From a virus (taxonomy: Duplodnaviria > Caudoviricetes), in IMG/VR virus record IMGVR_UViG_3300036761_000980, positions 1-55,879 of that record: a stretch of 55,879 nt of DNA, one strand, 5' to 3'. The position numbers were made by a program, and so were the translations under genes. This document shows positions 19,740-29,375 of this stretch, piece after piece. Numbering within the stretch: position 1 is the first letter of the stretch; each line of letters starts with the position of its first letter. Under the pieces are notes generated by a model. It worked only from the letters and a program-made list of their open reading frames with translations. It was not told the DNA's origin and ran no database searches.

Positions 19740-20692
19740 TGAGTAAATTTGCTGATAGCCTTTTAGAATTTTGGCTAAAAATATGGATGGTTATAAAACC
19801 TGCAATATCCATATATGGAACAATAAATTTTTTTAGAAGCAAAACATTTTTAATAATAGTGGTCGTAGTAATAGCGTTAGGATTTGGGAGATCCTGCGCT
19901 AAAGTGCGAGATTTGGAGCGACAGAATCATATAAAAGAACAAAATATTATTGCTCTGAGGGATACTGTTAGAATGGAAAGGACAAAGTCGGGAACATTAG
20001 AAGCCACCGTTGCTGGATTTATTTCAAGTGAAAAGGATCTTAAAAAATTAAATGCCGACTTATATAAGGAAGTTAAAGACCAAAAAGGAAATGTCATATC
20101 ATTAAATAAAATTGTATTTCAGTTAAAACAGGACACATCTCAATTAAGATCTCATATAAATTATCTCGAATCAATAATGAGTAAACCCATTCAAATAAAT
20201 GATAGCACATATTGTATTCCATGGGAATTGGAATATAACTGGAACCCCACTAATTTTGATATATATAAAGGGGAAACCACAATAGGTATTGCGGCAAAGA
20301 AATTAACGCCAAAGTTATTATTAGATAACACTAAAACATATAATAAACAATTTGATACACAATTCAATTCTTCATTTGAATTAAAGCATCGCCGAACTGA
20401 AATTTTAGAAAGAACAACTCAAATAGATTTAACTTTTGGGCAAGAAGTCGTGGATAAACAATTGAGAGTTTTTGTGACAACAAAATATCCAGGATTTACC
20501 GCCACATCGTTGAAAGGGTGGATGGTAGACCCAAATACCGATCCAGATATAAAAAGATTAATGAAAAAGAAGAAATGGATACCAAATACATGGTCTGTAG
20601 GTGGTGGTCCGTCTTTTGGATATAACATTTTATCAGGTAAGCCATATTTAGGTATAGGGGTTAATATAAACTATAATATATTACAATGGTAA
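19739..20692 (+). CDS. Membrane-anchored coiled-coil protein (spanin-like candidate)
   Basis: Hydrophobic segment ending GRSC, coiled coil, C-terminal amphipathic beta strands. Confidence 0.5.
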   Translation: MSKFADSLLEFWLKIWMVIKPAISIYGTINFFRSKTFLIIVVVVIALGFGRSCAKVRDLERQNHIKEQNIIALRDTVRMERTKSGTLEATVAGFISSEKDLKKLNADLYKEVKDQKGNVISLNKIVFQLKQDTSQLRSHINYLESIMSKPIQINDSTYCIPWELEYNWNPTNFDIYKGETTIGIAAKKLTPKLLLDNTKTYNKQFDTQFNSSFELKHRRTEILERTTQIDLTFGQEVVDKQLRVFVTTKYPGFTATSLKGWMVDPNTDPDIKRLMKKKKWIPNTWSVGGGPSFGYNILSGKPYLGIGVNINYNILQW

Positions 20693-20695
20693 ATT

Positions 20696-21046
20696 ATGGC
20701 GCAAACATCACAAGAATTTTTCGAAAAAAATATGAAATGGTTCGCATTGGCGTTCTTAATATTATTTCTATTTAAATCGGTACAGAGTTGTAATCGTAAT
20801 ATGAGTACAACTATGGCAATAAAAAAAGATAAATATACTATTGACTCTTTAAGTAAAGATGTGTATAATTTAAAGAGTGAAAATAAAGAACTGAAACTCC
20901 AATTAAGTTTTCAAAAAGAAAAAGTTGGAGAAGCTAATAAACGAGCGGAAGCGATTCAATCAGTTGCAGAAAAAATAAAATCCAATACTACTACAACCGT
21001 CAATGTTCGTGGAGCTCAGATTGATACCATAAAAAAGAAAAAGTAA
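20696..21046 (+). CDS. Small membrane/lipoprotein with coiled coil
   Basis: Hydrophobic stretch followed by VQSC (possible lipobox). Confidence 0.55.
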   Translation: MAQTSQEFFEKNMKWFALAFLILFLFKSVQSCNRNMSTTMAIKKDKYTIDSLSKDVYNLKSENKELKLQLSFQKEKVGEANKRAEAIQSVAEKIKSNTTTTVNVRGAQIDTIKKKK

Positions 21047-22386
21047 TGAAATGGTTTAAAAATTTAAGTAGAGACAATTTACTGTATGGCGGATTAATAA
21101 TCACTTTTATAATTCTTTATGGAGCAACAGCATTCGTATCTTGGTATCATGCTATAGATTTATTCCTTATTGGTAACGCTATGATGTTATCAATTATATT
21201 AAGTTTTGTTGCCGAAGTTGGTCAAGCATCAGCGTTATTCAGTATACTTCTCACAAAAAATAAGCATAAATTTCTGACATGGTCTGTTATGATCATTTTA
21301 ACAACATTACAGGTAATAGGTAATGTCTATGCTACTTACGATTATATTAATCAAAATGGTGGGAAAGGCGTTGCGGAATTTGCTGCCTCTATTTTAAAGC
21401 CATTTGGGCTGGCGGATATGGACCCTGAAACATTTAAAGTTATTATTGCTTGGATATTAGGGGCATTGCTTCCAATTATCGCATTGTCAATGACAGCGCT
21501 TGTTGCTCAGAATATGATATTAAGGGCCGAAGAGGCTAAAACAAAATTCGATAATGAGAGTCAACCAGAGCCAATTGACGCTAAGGATATTATGAGTGAA
21601 GTTTCAAAAATAAGACCGACTCAAGAAGAATTGGATGAATTAGAAATTCTATTGAGTAGAAAAGAACCAATAAAAAAATCACCAGTTGAAGAAGGTGATA
21701 TAAATAAAAACGATATTCTTGGCCGCACAAAAGAAGAAATTAATCTTTATAATGATTTAATAAAAGGGGAGCAAGGGGCGCTATGGGCTGATGATTTTAT
21801 TGTAACTCAAAAAGAAAGAAATGTCGGAGAAAAAATTATTTCTGAGGAAAACGAATTTGAAAGTGGCCCCGATACGCCCGACGAATTTTACGATGAGGAA
21901 CAAGAAGAAGATCTACCTACCGATCAACTAACTAAGGAAGAAATTGAAAATTCATTATTAGGTATTGAATTTACCCCGTCCATATCAGATGAAGACATTA
22001 ATGAAATGAATCAGGATGAATATGAGAGAAAAAATTCACATCAACAGGAATCAGATGATATGGATGAAGATATAGCGTCTTTAACTCCAGATATTCAAGA
22101 AAAAGGAGATTCTAGCGGTGAACCTGGCACGCCAGGATGGCCAGGGATCAATTATTCAAATGATAGTCCATCTGAACCTGAAAGTATAATAACACATACA
22201 AATGGATTGGTTGAAGGAATGGGTAGTACTAAAATGGATGGCAATTCAGGTAACGGTGATCTACCAAGTGATAGTCCAGGCCTATCAGGTAGTGCCGAAA
22301 TAAGCCCAGAAGCTCAAAAAACACAAGAAGAAGAACGTTTGGAACGACTCCGAGCTATAGCACGAGAGAATTTAAAAAAAAAATAA
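21046..22386 (+). CDS. Multi-pass membrane protein with long acidic C-terminal tail
   Basis: About four N-terminal TM segments; ends at an A10 run (LKKK*). Confidence 0.7.
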   Translation: MKWFKNLSRDNLLYGGLIITFIILYGATAFVSWYHAIDLFLIGNAMMLSIILSFVAEVGQASALFSILLTKNKHKFLTWSVMIILTTLQVIGNVYATYDYINQNGGKGVAEFAASILKPFGLADMDPETFKVIIAWILGALLPIIALSMTALVAQNMILRAEEAKTKFDNESQPEPIDAKDIMSEVSKIRPTQEELDELEILLSRKEPIKKSPVEEGDINKNDILGRTKEEINLYNDLIKGEQGALWADDFIVTQKERNVGEKIISEENEFESGPDTPDEFYDEEQEEDLPTDQLTKEEIENSLLGIEFTPSISDEDINEMNQDEYERKNSHQQESDDMDEDIASLTPDIQEKGDSSGEPGTPGWPGINYSNDSPSEPESIITHTNGLVEGMGSTKMDGNSGNGDLPSDSPGLSGSAEISPEAQKTQEEERLERLRAIARENLKKK

Positions 22387-22415
22387 TCGACCACAGCCTC
22401 CCAGAGATAAACGAA

Positions 22416-22796
22416 ATGTTTACTTCTGGTGAGGATTTTCCACAGACATCTCCCGATCCATCACAAACGACAACTCCGATATGTACTCCATCAATTACGT
22501 TGACACCCACTCCATCAATTACGTTGACACCCACTCCATCAATTACGTTGACACCCACTCCATCAATTACACCGACATCCACCCCCTTATTTACCCCTCT
22601 AATTACGCCTTCGCTTACATCATCTGTTGAAATAATATATGTCGAATCTGATGATGTAAATCCATTACATATTCATTATGAAAAGGATTCGGCTACTGTT
22701 GTCAATGAAGATGATGTAGAAAAAATAAAACGGGATTTCAAGCCCAAAAAAACCTATTTAAGAGATGTTAGAAGTTCAAAGCGTAGACATACTTAA
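22416..22796 (+). CDS. TPTPS-repeat ORF, possibly the -1 frameshift extension of the upstream gene
   Basis: Frame is open back through 22371 and is -1 relative to the upstream gene. Confidence 0.6.
   Translation: MFTSGEDFPQTSPDPSQTTTPICTPSITLTPTPSITLTPTPSITLTPTPSITPTSTPLFTPLITPSLTSSVEIIYVESDDVNPLHIHYEKDSATVVNEDDVEKIKRDFKPKKTYLRDVRSSKRRHT
22485..22570 (+). repeat. Perfect 24-bp tandem repeat x3.6
   Basis: ACTCCATCAATTACGTTGACACCC three times plus 14 nt. Confidence 0.95.
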
Positions 22797-23385
22797 TGAT
22801 GTTAAATTAAACATCAGTAAAAGAAAAACCAAAAAGACTCAAATTTTTCTATATGACACTCAAAGACGATTTGACGACTTTATGATGAAAATAAGATATC
22901 GTAAAAATGAGAAATATGATGAAATACCTCATTATGTAATTACTAAAACTGGAAAAGTATATAAGTTATTTGATACTAATTATGCTTCAAAAACTTTTGG
23001 ATTAAAAGATCTCGATAAGAAACAAATAAAGATCGCGCTAGAAAATCTAGGATGGTTAAATAAGAATACAATAACTGGTGTTTTATATAATTGGATTGGT
23101 GATCCATATAGGGCCGAGCCATTTATAAAAAAATGGAGGGATTATTATTTTTGGGACCCCTATTCCGAGGAACAACTTAATGCTTTAGTTTTATTATGTA
23201 AAGAACTATGTATTGAGCATAATATACCGTATCATACTGTTCCATCACAAGGATATTTGAGTAAAGCAATAAAATTCACTGGGATAGTGTGTAAATCAAA
23301 CTTTCTAAATATTTATACAGATATGAACCCATCATTCGATTTTAATATATTTTATAAAGATGACAACAGAGAAAAAAACAGATAG
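22765..23385 (+). CDS. N-acetylmuramoyl-L-alanine amidase (Amidase_2)-like protein with degenerate Zn ligands
   Basis: PHYVI...G.VY, I.I.LEN.G, YSEEQL.AL..L..L, D.NP pattern; IFLYDT replaces the usual I.LH.T. Confidence 0.65.
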   Translation: MLEVQSVDILNDVKLNISKRKTKKTQIFLYDTQRRFDDFMMKIRYRKNEKYDEIPHYVITKTGKVYKLFDTNYASKTFGLKDLDKKQIKIALENLGWLNKNTITGVLYNWIGDPYRAEPFIKKWRDYYFWDPYSEEQLNALVLLCKELCIEHNIPYHTVPSQGYLSKAIKFTGIVCKSNFLNIYTDMNPSFDFNIFYKDDNREKNR

Positions 23386-23995
23386 CTACGACGAAATAAA
23401 AGGTATGCTTAATAGAATTAGAAAAATTCAAGCTATGCCTAAATATGGAATGATTCAAGAACAAACATATCAAGGTGAAACTGAAGAGCCTCAAGATTCA
23501 AGGGGACAGCTCACAGATCCATATGGTTATGGAGCGGGAACAAAGAAACCAATTCCACGAAGCGTAGGAACAGAACCAGAAAAATCTTCCACAACGTCTT
23601 TTCAACAATCGAGAAGAGATAATGAAGAAGTATCGGTAATTAATAATGTTGATGTTGAAATTCATTCAGAAGATCCGGAAGAAAGAGTATTAGAGGATGA
23701 TGAAAAAGGAACAATTTCACAATTAATTGACGATTTTAAAGCTGAAGTTTCGGAGATCGCCGAATTTGATGGTTTGCATATATATCCAGATACTGCAGTT
23801 TTAAATGGGAAAATTGGAGGAAAAAATATTAATTTTTCATTTTCAGCAGGAGACGATAATGGATTTTATTTAGGCTCGCCATCATTATTAAAAATAGATG
23901 GTGAAGTACTTGAACTAATTAACAGATTAAAGGCATTTGAGCCAAAATTTGTAAATACAATAAATGATTTATTAGTGAACAGGAGAGATATGTAA
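23360..23995 (+). CDS. Hypothetical protein, possibly head-associated
   Basis: 211-aa ORF; ATATTTAT at 23309-23316 upstream. Confidence 0.65.
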   Translation: MTTEKKTDSYDEIKGMLNRIRKIQAMPKYGMIQEQTYQGETEEPQDSRGQLTDPYGYGAGTKKPIPRSVGTEPEKSSTTSFQQSRRDNEEVSVINNVDVEIHSEDPEERVLEDDEKGTISQLIDDFKAEVSEIAEFDGLHIYPDTAVLNGKIGGKNINFSFSAGDDNGFYLGSPSLLKIDGEVLELINRLKAFEPKFVNTINDLLVNRRDM

Positions 23996-24234
23996 TGGCA
24001 ATTGATTCATCTGATAGAAGAGAAATGGAAGCGATTGCTAGAAGAGAAATGAAAAGTTTTCTCGATAGCACCCAAGCTCATAATGTAATAATAAAGGCCA
24101 TTCAAAATGAATTAGGTACAAAGAAGATTGACGATAAAATCGTCGACCTAGCCACAAAGGTTGTTGTTGAATTATTCAAAACATTGTGGCAAAGGAAATC
24201 TTTTTGGGAATCATCACTTAAAAATGTAAAATAA
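23995..24234 (+). CDS. Hypothetical protein
   Basis: TAATG-coupled 79-aa ORF. Confidence 0.65.
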   Translation: MAIDSSDRREMEAIARREMKSFLDSTQAHNVIIKAIQNELGTKKIDDKIVDLATKVVVELFKTLWQRKSFWESSLKNVK

Positions 24235-25139
24235 TGACAAATAAATTAAAAGGCGGATTATCGGATAATATGTCACTCGAAGACATAGCAAGAAAGCATA
24301 ATGTTTTTCTTGGCACTATTAAACAGGCAGTGGAAGCTGGCGTTAAAGTTGAAATGGAGCATACAAACGATAAAACTCAAGCTGAAGAAATCGCGAGAGA
24401 TCATGTAAGTGAAGATCCCGAATATTATAAAAAATTGAAGAAAATGGAAGCAAAAGAACAGACAATGTCTGACGCTTCAGGATCATATGAAGCCCCATTA
24501 ACTACAACGATATTAAAAAGAGATATTCATAAATTACGTAATTTTAATGAACAAATGGATGCGGGTGTATCAGCGGGGGCAATGTATGATGGACCAATTG
24601 GGACAGCAGGAGCGTCAAGTCCAATGGATAAAACAAAAAAACGTAGAAAAGATCCTTTAGAATTAGATGAAAAAAGCGAATCAGCAAGTATAACAGCAGC
24701 ATCAACTAAGGATATGATATCGACTAAGAAAGGATTTCCAAGATTTGGGGGCCCAAAAGCAAAATTTGTTCAGATAGATGCTAAATGCAAAAAATTTCCA
24801 TATTGTAATCAGGGTAATAGTGGTAAGAAATTTAAATTTATTAGTGAGATTGACGGAATGAAAAAAGCGATGGAAGATGCGGCAAAAAAATATGGAATAA
24901 CAGTTGAAGAAGTGAAGAAAATAATCATAAAGGAAGCTCTTCCAGTGGGTATGTTGGATGACCCAGGCAATCGAAAAGCAATGAAATCATGGACAGATAA
25001 AAGTGAGAAGTCAATCTATCACATATCAACAAAACATCCAATTGATATTAAAATAGATGATGAGGTTGAATTAGCTAAATTAAAAATGATTTTCTATAAG
25101 TATGATATTAATTTTCATGAGCACATAATTAAAAAATAA
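24234..25139 (+). CDS. DUF5661-like phage protein
   Basis: GVKVEMEHT.D...AEEIARDH..E.P.YY.KLKKME motif recognised by eye. Confidence 0.6.
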   Translation: MTNKLKGGLSDNMSLEDIARKHNVFLGTIKQAVEAGVKVEMEHTNDKTQAEEIARDHVSEDPEYYKKLKKMEAKEQTMSDASGSYEAPLTTTILKRDIHKLRNFNEQMDAGVSAGAMYDGPIGTAGASSPMDKTKKRRKDPLELDEKSESASITAASTKDMISTKKGFPRFGGPKAKFVQIDAKCKKFPYCNQGNSGKKFKFISEIDGMKKAMEDAAKKYGITVEEVKKIIIKEALPVGMLDDPGNRKAMKSWTDKSEKSIYHISTKHPIDIKIDDEVELAKLKMIFYKYDINFHEHIIKK

Positions 25140-25155
25140 TTGAATATTTATTGAT

Positions 25156-26439
25156 ATGAAGATAAAAGAACTAGACGCAATGATTAATCAAGTATTAGAA
25201 CAAGAAGCTAAGAAATTGATTATGGAGCAAATATCAGAGACAGATCATATGATTGATGCTGTTAAAAATTTTCAAACATTATCTCCTTTACTTGATAAAA
25301 TATCAAATATTGAAAATATCGGAAATGGAAAATTTGGAGTTCTTATTAGTATTGATAACATCACACCTGAAGAATTAGTTGATTGTTGCGGAGGATCATC
25401 TTTAGAAGAGGCAGAAACAAGTTTAATGCAAGGTCTTCATCATGATTTAGAGGATAATCAAATTGGAAACGCTATGGATGTAGATATTGATACTCAAGGT
25501 GACGAAAATTCATTAGAATTAAAAATAAAAATAACAGCAATTAAAAATACTTCACAGGGAGATACTGAAATGAATGAAAAAAAAGAAGTGATATTAGGTG
25601 ATAAAGAAATTTGTCAAAAATGTAATAAAGAGGTTTGTGAATGTAATAATGAAGTAAAAGAAATTGAAGTTGATGAAGAAGCAAAAAAATGGATTCAGAA
25701 AGCATTTAATAAAATAGAAAAAAAGGGCACCGAAGGTAAATGCACTGGTAAAAAATACGGAAGTTCAACATGTCCTCCAGGCTCAAAAGCGTATAATATG
25801 GCTAAAACATTAAGAAAAATAAACGAAACAACTATGAAAAAAACAATAACTCTTACCACAGCAGGAATGGCTGGCTTATTAAAGAAAATAATAAATGAAG
25901 TCACCGCTCCAAAGATGGATGCCACAACTGCGAAAGCAATTAAAGATAGCGGCGATCAAAATAACGATGCATTAAAAGCTGTTGAGAAAAAAATAAAAGA
26001 TTATCTAACATTTAAAGGTAACGATAATCCAGAATTTCCACATCAAATTGGCGGAGAAAAAGTCGCAAGACAGAATTCAAAAGAAGAAGATGAGGTTGTT
26101 GACGATAATAGAGGCGGCACCCCATCAGATTTGGTATATGACCACGAACCATCTGAAGATTTTAAGAAAAGAGCCGAAATGGCATTGGTCGGAGATTCAA
26201 AAATGGGCAATCCATCAGATGCAGTAAACGCAATAAAAACCGATGTTGGTAATAAAATGGTTAAACGCGGTAAAAGAGCTCAAGAACTTAGAAGAAAAGA
26301 GCCAATTTATAAGAAATCAGCAGTTCCAGTAGATGAAAAGTCAGGAAATGAGCCAGAAAGAGGATTAAAGAACCCAGTTGTTGGTAAAGAAATTGAAAGA
26401 ATGAAACAAATGTCTTCATATAATAAGAAAACGCAATAA
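25156..26439 (+). CDS. Hypothetical charged protein, possibly internal head protein
   Basis: 427 aa; ATATTTAT 4 nt before ATG; recurring LEQ/MEQ/INE motifs reminiscent of prohead-protease substrates. Confidence 0.65.
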   Translation: MKIKELDAMINQVLEQEAKKLIMEQISETDHMIDAVKNFQTLSPLLDKISNIENIGNGKFGVLISIDNITPEELVDCCGGSSLEEAETSLMQGLHHDLEDNQIGNAMDVDIDTQGDENSLELKIKITAIKNTSQGDTEMNEKKEVILGDKEICQKCNKEVCECNNEVKEIEVDEEAKKWIQKAFNKIEKKGTEGKCTGKKYGSSTCPPGSKAYNMAKTLRKINETTMKKTITLTTAGMAGLLKKIINEVTAPKMDATTAKAIKDSGDQNNDALKAVEKKIKDYLTFKGNDNPEFPHQIGGEKVARQNSKEEDEVVDDNRGGTPSDLVYDHEPSEDFKKRAEMALVGDSKMGNPSDAVNAIKTDVGNKMVKRGKRAQELRRKEPIYKKSAVPVDEKSGNEPERGLKNPVVGKEIERMKQMSSYNKKTQ

Positions 26440-26478
26440 CTCTTTTTTTTAAGTCTTTTTATCCGTATATTTAATAAT

Positions 26479-26934
26479 ATGGAGAAAGATAATGAAGCAC
26501 GTTTAACATTCGAAACCTACAAAGAACAAATTGATACATGGTATCGAGCTCATAATATTATTCGGGAAAAATCTGAATTATATTATGATTTTTTATCTTC
26601 ATTACTTGATCTGATTGATGAAACATATTTGGGGTCTGATGTTTTAGTGTCTGATGATGATATTATAAATCATTTTAATTGGTGCTTTAATAAAATAACA
26701 AATAATTTTGAGCAAGAAAGAATTCATTTTATCGTCAAAAGCAATCATTATGAATATTTATGGTCTTTATTATATAAAGGTTATTATAAATCATTTAATG
26801 AACAAAAATATAGAATATTATCAGAATATTTTAAAGAATTATTTATATTTAATAAATTAAAAAAACCCCTTGAACTAGAATCATTTATAGAAATATATAA
26901 AATATTTGATCAAAACTTGAAAAAGATAAATTAA
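26479..26934 (+). CDS. Hypothetical protein
   Basis: 151-aa ORF. Confidence 0.65.
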   Translation: MEKDNEARLTFETYKEQIDTWYRAHNIIREKSELYYDFLSSLLDLIDETYLGSDVLVSDDDIINHFNWCFNKITNNFEQERIHFIVKSNHYEYLWSLLYKGYYKSFNEQKYRILSEYFKELFIFNKLKKPLELESFIEIYKIFDQNLKKIN

Positions 26935-26963
26935 TTCGTTATATTAGATTAAAATTATAAATT

Positions 26964-27152
26964 ATGGAAACATTAGCAAAAATAAAAGAATTGGTTGAAT
27001 TAATGACAGCCGACACCTCTAAGGTGTATACTAAAGGAAATCGTAGTGCTGCTATTAGAGCACGAAAATATGCCCAAGAAATAAAAACACTAGTCGGAAC
27101 CTTTCGTAAGGAAGTTCTAGAAGAAGTAAAAAAACATGAAGGAGAAAATTGA
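26964..27152 (+). CDS. Histone H1-like (Hc1 family) small DNA-binding protein
   Basis: KGNRSAAIRARK...EIK.L...FRK matches the Hc1 / Bacteroidota histone-H1-like pattern GNKAA..RARK. Confidence 0.75.
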   Translation: METLAKIKELVELMTADTSKVYTKGNRSAAIRARKYAQEIKTLVGTFRKEVLEEVKKHEGEN

Positions 27153-27330
27153 ATTATTTGTTTTTGTCTTATCTGTAATATACTGCATTAAATTTATAAT
27201 TGAATTTGCAATTATATTGGGACAAGATGATCCCGCGCCATTGAAAATTAGCGTAATAGAAAAAGTGTTTTTATATTTGGCATCGTCATTTGTAATAACG
27301 GGGATCGTATCAATGATATTTTTAAAATGA
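27136..27330 (+). CDS. Small two-TM membrane protein
   Basis: Two hydrophobic segments. Confidence 0.6.
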   Translation: MKEKIELFVFVLSVIYCIKFIIEFAIILGQDDPAPLKISVIEKVFLYLASSFVITGIVSMIFLK

Positions 27331-27779
27331 GAACCGCAGTGTTTGACACAATAAGTGCACTAAGGCCATTTTTTTTCTCACTTAGGGAGATTAAAGAAAA
27401 TATTAGTCTTGATATTAAAATTCCGTCACGCTGGAAGTATGATTTTATAATAGATGAAACTCAAATTCAAATTAAAGTTCAAGACGAAAATGATCGAAAT
27501 AAATTAGTTTCGATAATTGGATTAGCCACGAAAGAAGGATATGATGGAGTTTTTATCATTGCTAAAAAAATTATTAAGAATAATCAAGAGGAAGAAGAAA
27601 AAATTAAATTATTTAATGATAAAGTTGAAGAGTTAAAGGCGTTATTTTTAAACTCATCATTAGATAAATTAAAAGATATATCATTTAAACCAAGCAAGAA
27701 TGTCTTACGAGATACAGAGAGCGCTAGAAAAATTGAACTCGGAGATGCAGAAGGATCAGATGCAAACGGATCTAATTAA
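27327..27779 (+). CDS. Hypothetical protein
   Basis: ATGA-coupled 150-aa ORF. Confidence 0.65.
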   Translation: MRTAVFDTISALRPFFFSLREIKENISLDIKIPSRWKYDFIIDETQIQIKVQDENDRNKLVSIIGLATKEGYDGVFIIAKKIIKNNQEEEEKIKLFNDKVEELKALFLNSSLDKLKDISFKPSKNVLRDTESARKIELGDAEGSDANGSN

Positions 27780-27912
27780 ACAAAAACAGATTGAGGAAAT
27801 TAAATCCTTAGATAAATCAAAAATGTTTATCCCGCCGCCTAAAAAGAAAATGTCCCTTTTAAAAAAAATATTAATTGCATTTGGATATGGAGAAAAGGGG
27901 CGAAATATTTAA
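27700..27912 (+). CDS. Hypothetical protein
   Basis: 70-aa ORF overlapping neighbours. Confidence 0.55.
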   Translation: MSYEIQRALEKLNSEMQKDQMQTDLIKQKQIEEIKSLDKSKMFIPPPKKKMSLLKKILIAFGYGEKGRNI

Positions 27913-28120
27913 TCAATTAGCTATAATAGCGGATTTACTTGAGAATATAAATTTAGAGTCCGAATCTAAGAGTGTTGTTCTTATACTTAGTAATGATGAT
28001 TTTGAAAAATTATTTAAGAAGATTATCAAAAAAGCAAAAACGCAATCAGATATGAATGAAACCACATTCTCACTAAAGATAGGAGATATAGATTTTATTT
28101 TTAATAAGAGTAATGTCTAA
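27887..28120 (+). CDS. Hypothetical protein
   Basis: ATG start (MEKRGEIF...) preferred over the track TTG start at 27875. Confidence 0.55.
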   Translation: MEKRGEIFNQLAIIADLLENINLESESKSVVLILSNDDFEKLFKKIIKKAKTQSDMNETTFSLKIGDIDFIFNKSNV

Positions 28121-28760
28121 ATAATTCAGTTCTTTTATATCCCTTAGATTCTAATAATGTATAGAGGTTACTTCTTTGATATGTTGTAATATCTTTAACA
28201 AAGATAAAATTTCCTTTTCCTCTTTTATTTATATCTTCGCGCACAATTTCAAATAGTCGATCAGTATCAGCAATATTTTTATTCCCAAATAATCTGATGT
28301 CATTTTCAACCTGTAAGAAAAGTTTATTATTTAATGTAAATATTTGAGCGATATCTTCTACTTTAAGAATAATTTCCATCATTTCATGATATCTAATTCT
28401 TTTTTTTGAATCAAAATCATATATTTTTTCTTCATTCCAATATGGAATTATTTCTTTAATTCTAAATTTATCATTTATGGCTGGAGTTTCTATGGATATT
28501 AATTCGGCTTTTATATTTCTTCCCAATTCATCTTTAATATATGTGGGTTTCGACCATTTATTATTCGGAAATATTAATCCCAGTTCAAAAACAAGTTCTC
28601 GTTTTCTTTTCCCTCCTTGTAATTTAACAAATGGCGGTCTCTGTTGAGTTTTAAATTCATGCCAATAATTATAAACGGTATTTTTCTTCTGGCATTTATA
28701 TAAAATTCTTAATTTTTTCTTGTTACAAAAAAGAATAATAAAATATTTTCCACCTATCAT
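28101..28760 (-). CDS. Hypothetical protein
   Basis: 219-aa ORF. Confidence 0.7.
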   Translation of the reverse strand: MIGGKYFIILFCNKKKLRILYKCQKKNTVYNYWHEFKTQQRPPFVKLQGGKRKRELVFELGLIFPNNKWSKPTYIKDELGRNIKAELISIETPAINDKFRIKEIIPYWNEEKIYDFDSKKRIRYHEMMEIILKVEDIAQIFTLNNKLFLQVENDIRLFGNKNIADTDRLFEIVREDINKRGKGNFIFVKDITTYQRSNLYTLLESKGYKRTELFRHYSY

Positions 28761-28921
28761 TTAAATATATGTATTATATTTATTACAAATGTATAAAGTC
28801 CATATATACCCAAGAGAAACCAAATGAGTATCACCCAAGTAATTCCTTTATCTAATAAATTAAATTCTTTCTTGGATTCTTGTTGAGTAAGCGTTTTCTT
28901 TTTACAATTTTTACATGCCAT
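28757..28921 (-). CDS. Small single-TM protein with N-terminal CxxC (54 aa, not in ORF track)
   Basis: MACKNCKKKTLTQQESKKEFNLLDKGITWVILIWFLLGIYGLYTFVINIIHIFK; ATGA overlap with the next gene. Confidence 0.65.
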   Translation of the reverse strand: MACKNCKKKTLTQQESKKEFNLLDKGITWVILIWFLLGIYGLYTFVINIIHIFK

Positions 28922-28943
28922 ATGTGTAATATACGATATTAAT

Positions 28944-28974
28944 TTTGTTTTCTCAAGAATTTTCCATATATTTG
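28944..28974 (+). promoter_or_regulatory. Bacteroidota primary-sigma promoter (-33 TTTG, -7 TAnnTTTG)
   Basis: TTTG 28944-47, 19-nt spacer, TATATTTG 28967-74. Confidence 0.7.
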
Positions 28975-28990
28975 AATAAATAATAAAATT

Positions 28991-29368
28991 ATGAAAAAGT
29001 TACAGAATTTATCAGATGTAAACACAAACACGCAAGAAGGACGATACTTGATGGCAGCATTAGCCAAACTTACCGGAGAAAGTCAAACAGATAAAACACC
29101 CGATGAAGTAATGGAACAATGTTATCTATTGCAGGAAAAAATCTTTGAGGACGCGATGGATATTCCTAATTTTGAAATACAGGAAAAAACATTCACAAAA
29201 GAACTTGAGATATTAATCAATAAAAAATCTCTTGAAAATGGTAGCGATACTCCCGATTTTATTCTGGCAAAATATTTATCATCTTGTCTGATAAACTTTA
29301 ATAACATATTAAAGGAAAGAGAAGAATGGTACGGAAGAAAATTAGTACATAAACCATTAACTAATTGA
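28991..29368 (+). CDS. Hypothetical phage protein
   Basis: C-terminal LIN..SLENGSDTPDFILA.YL motif familiar from phage hypotheticals. Confidence 0.7.
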   Translation: MKKLQNLSDVNTNTQEGRYLMAALAKLTGESQTDKTPDEVMEQCYLLQEKIFEDAMDIPNFEIQEKTFTKELEILINKKSLENGSDTPDFILAKYLSSCLINFNNILKEREEWYGRKLVHKPLTN

Positions 29369-29375
29369 TTATCAA

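Noticed and set aside
22485-22570. Tandem repeat as possible CRISPR array
   Set aside because: Contiguous 24-bp units with no spacers, in frame as TPSITLTP; no cas genes.
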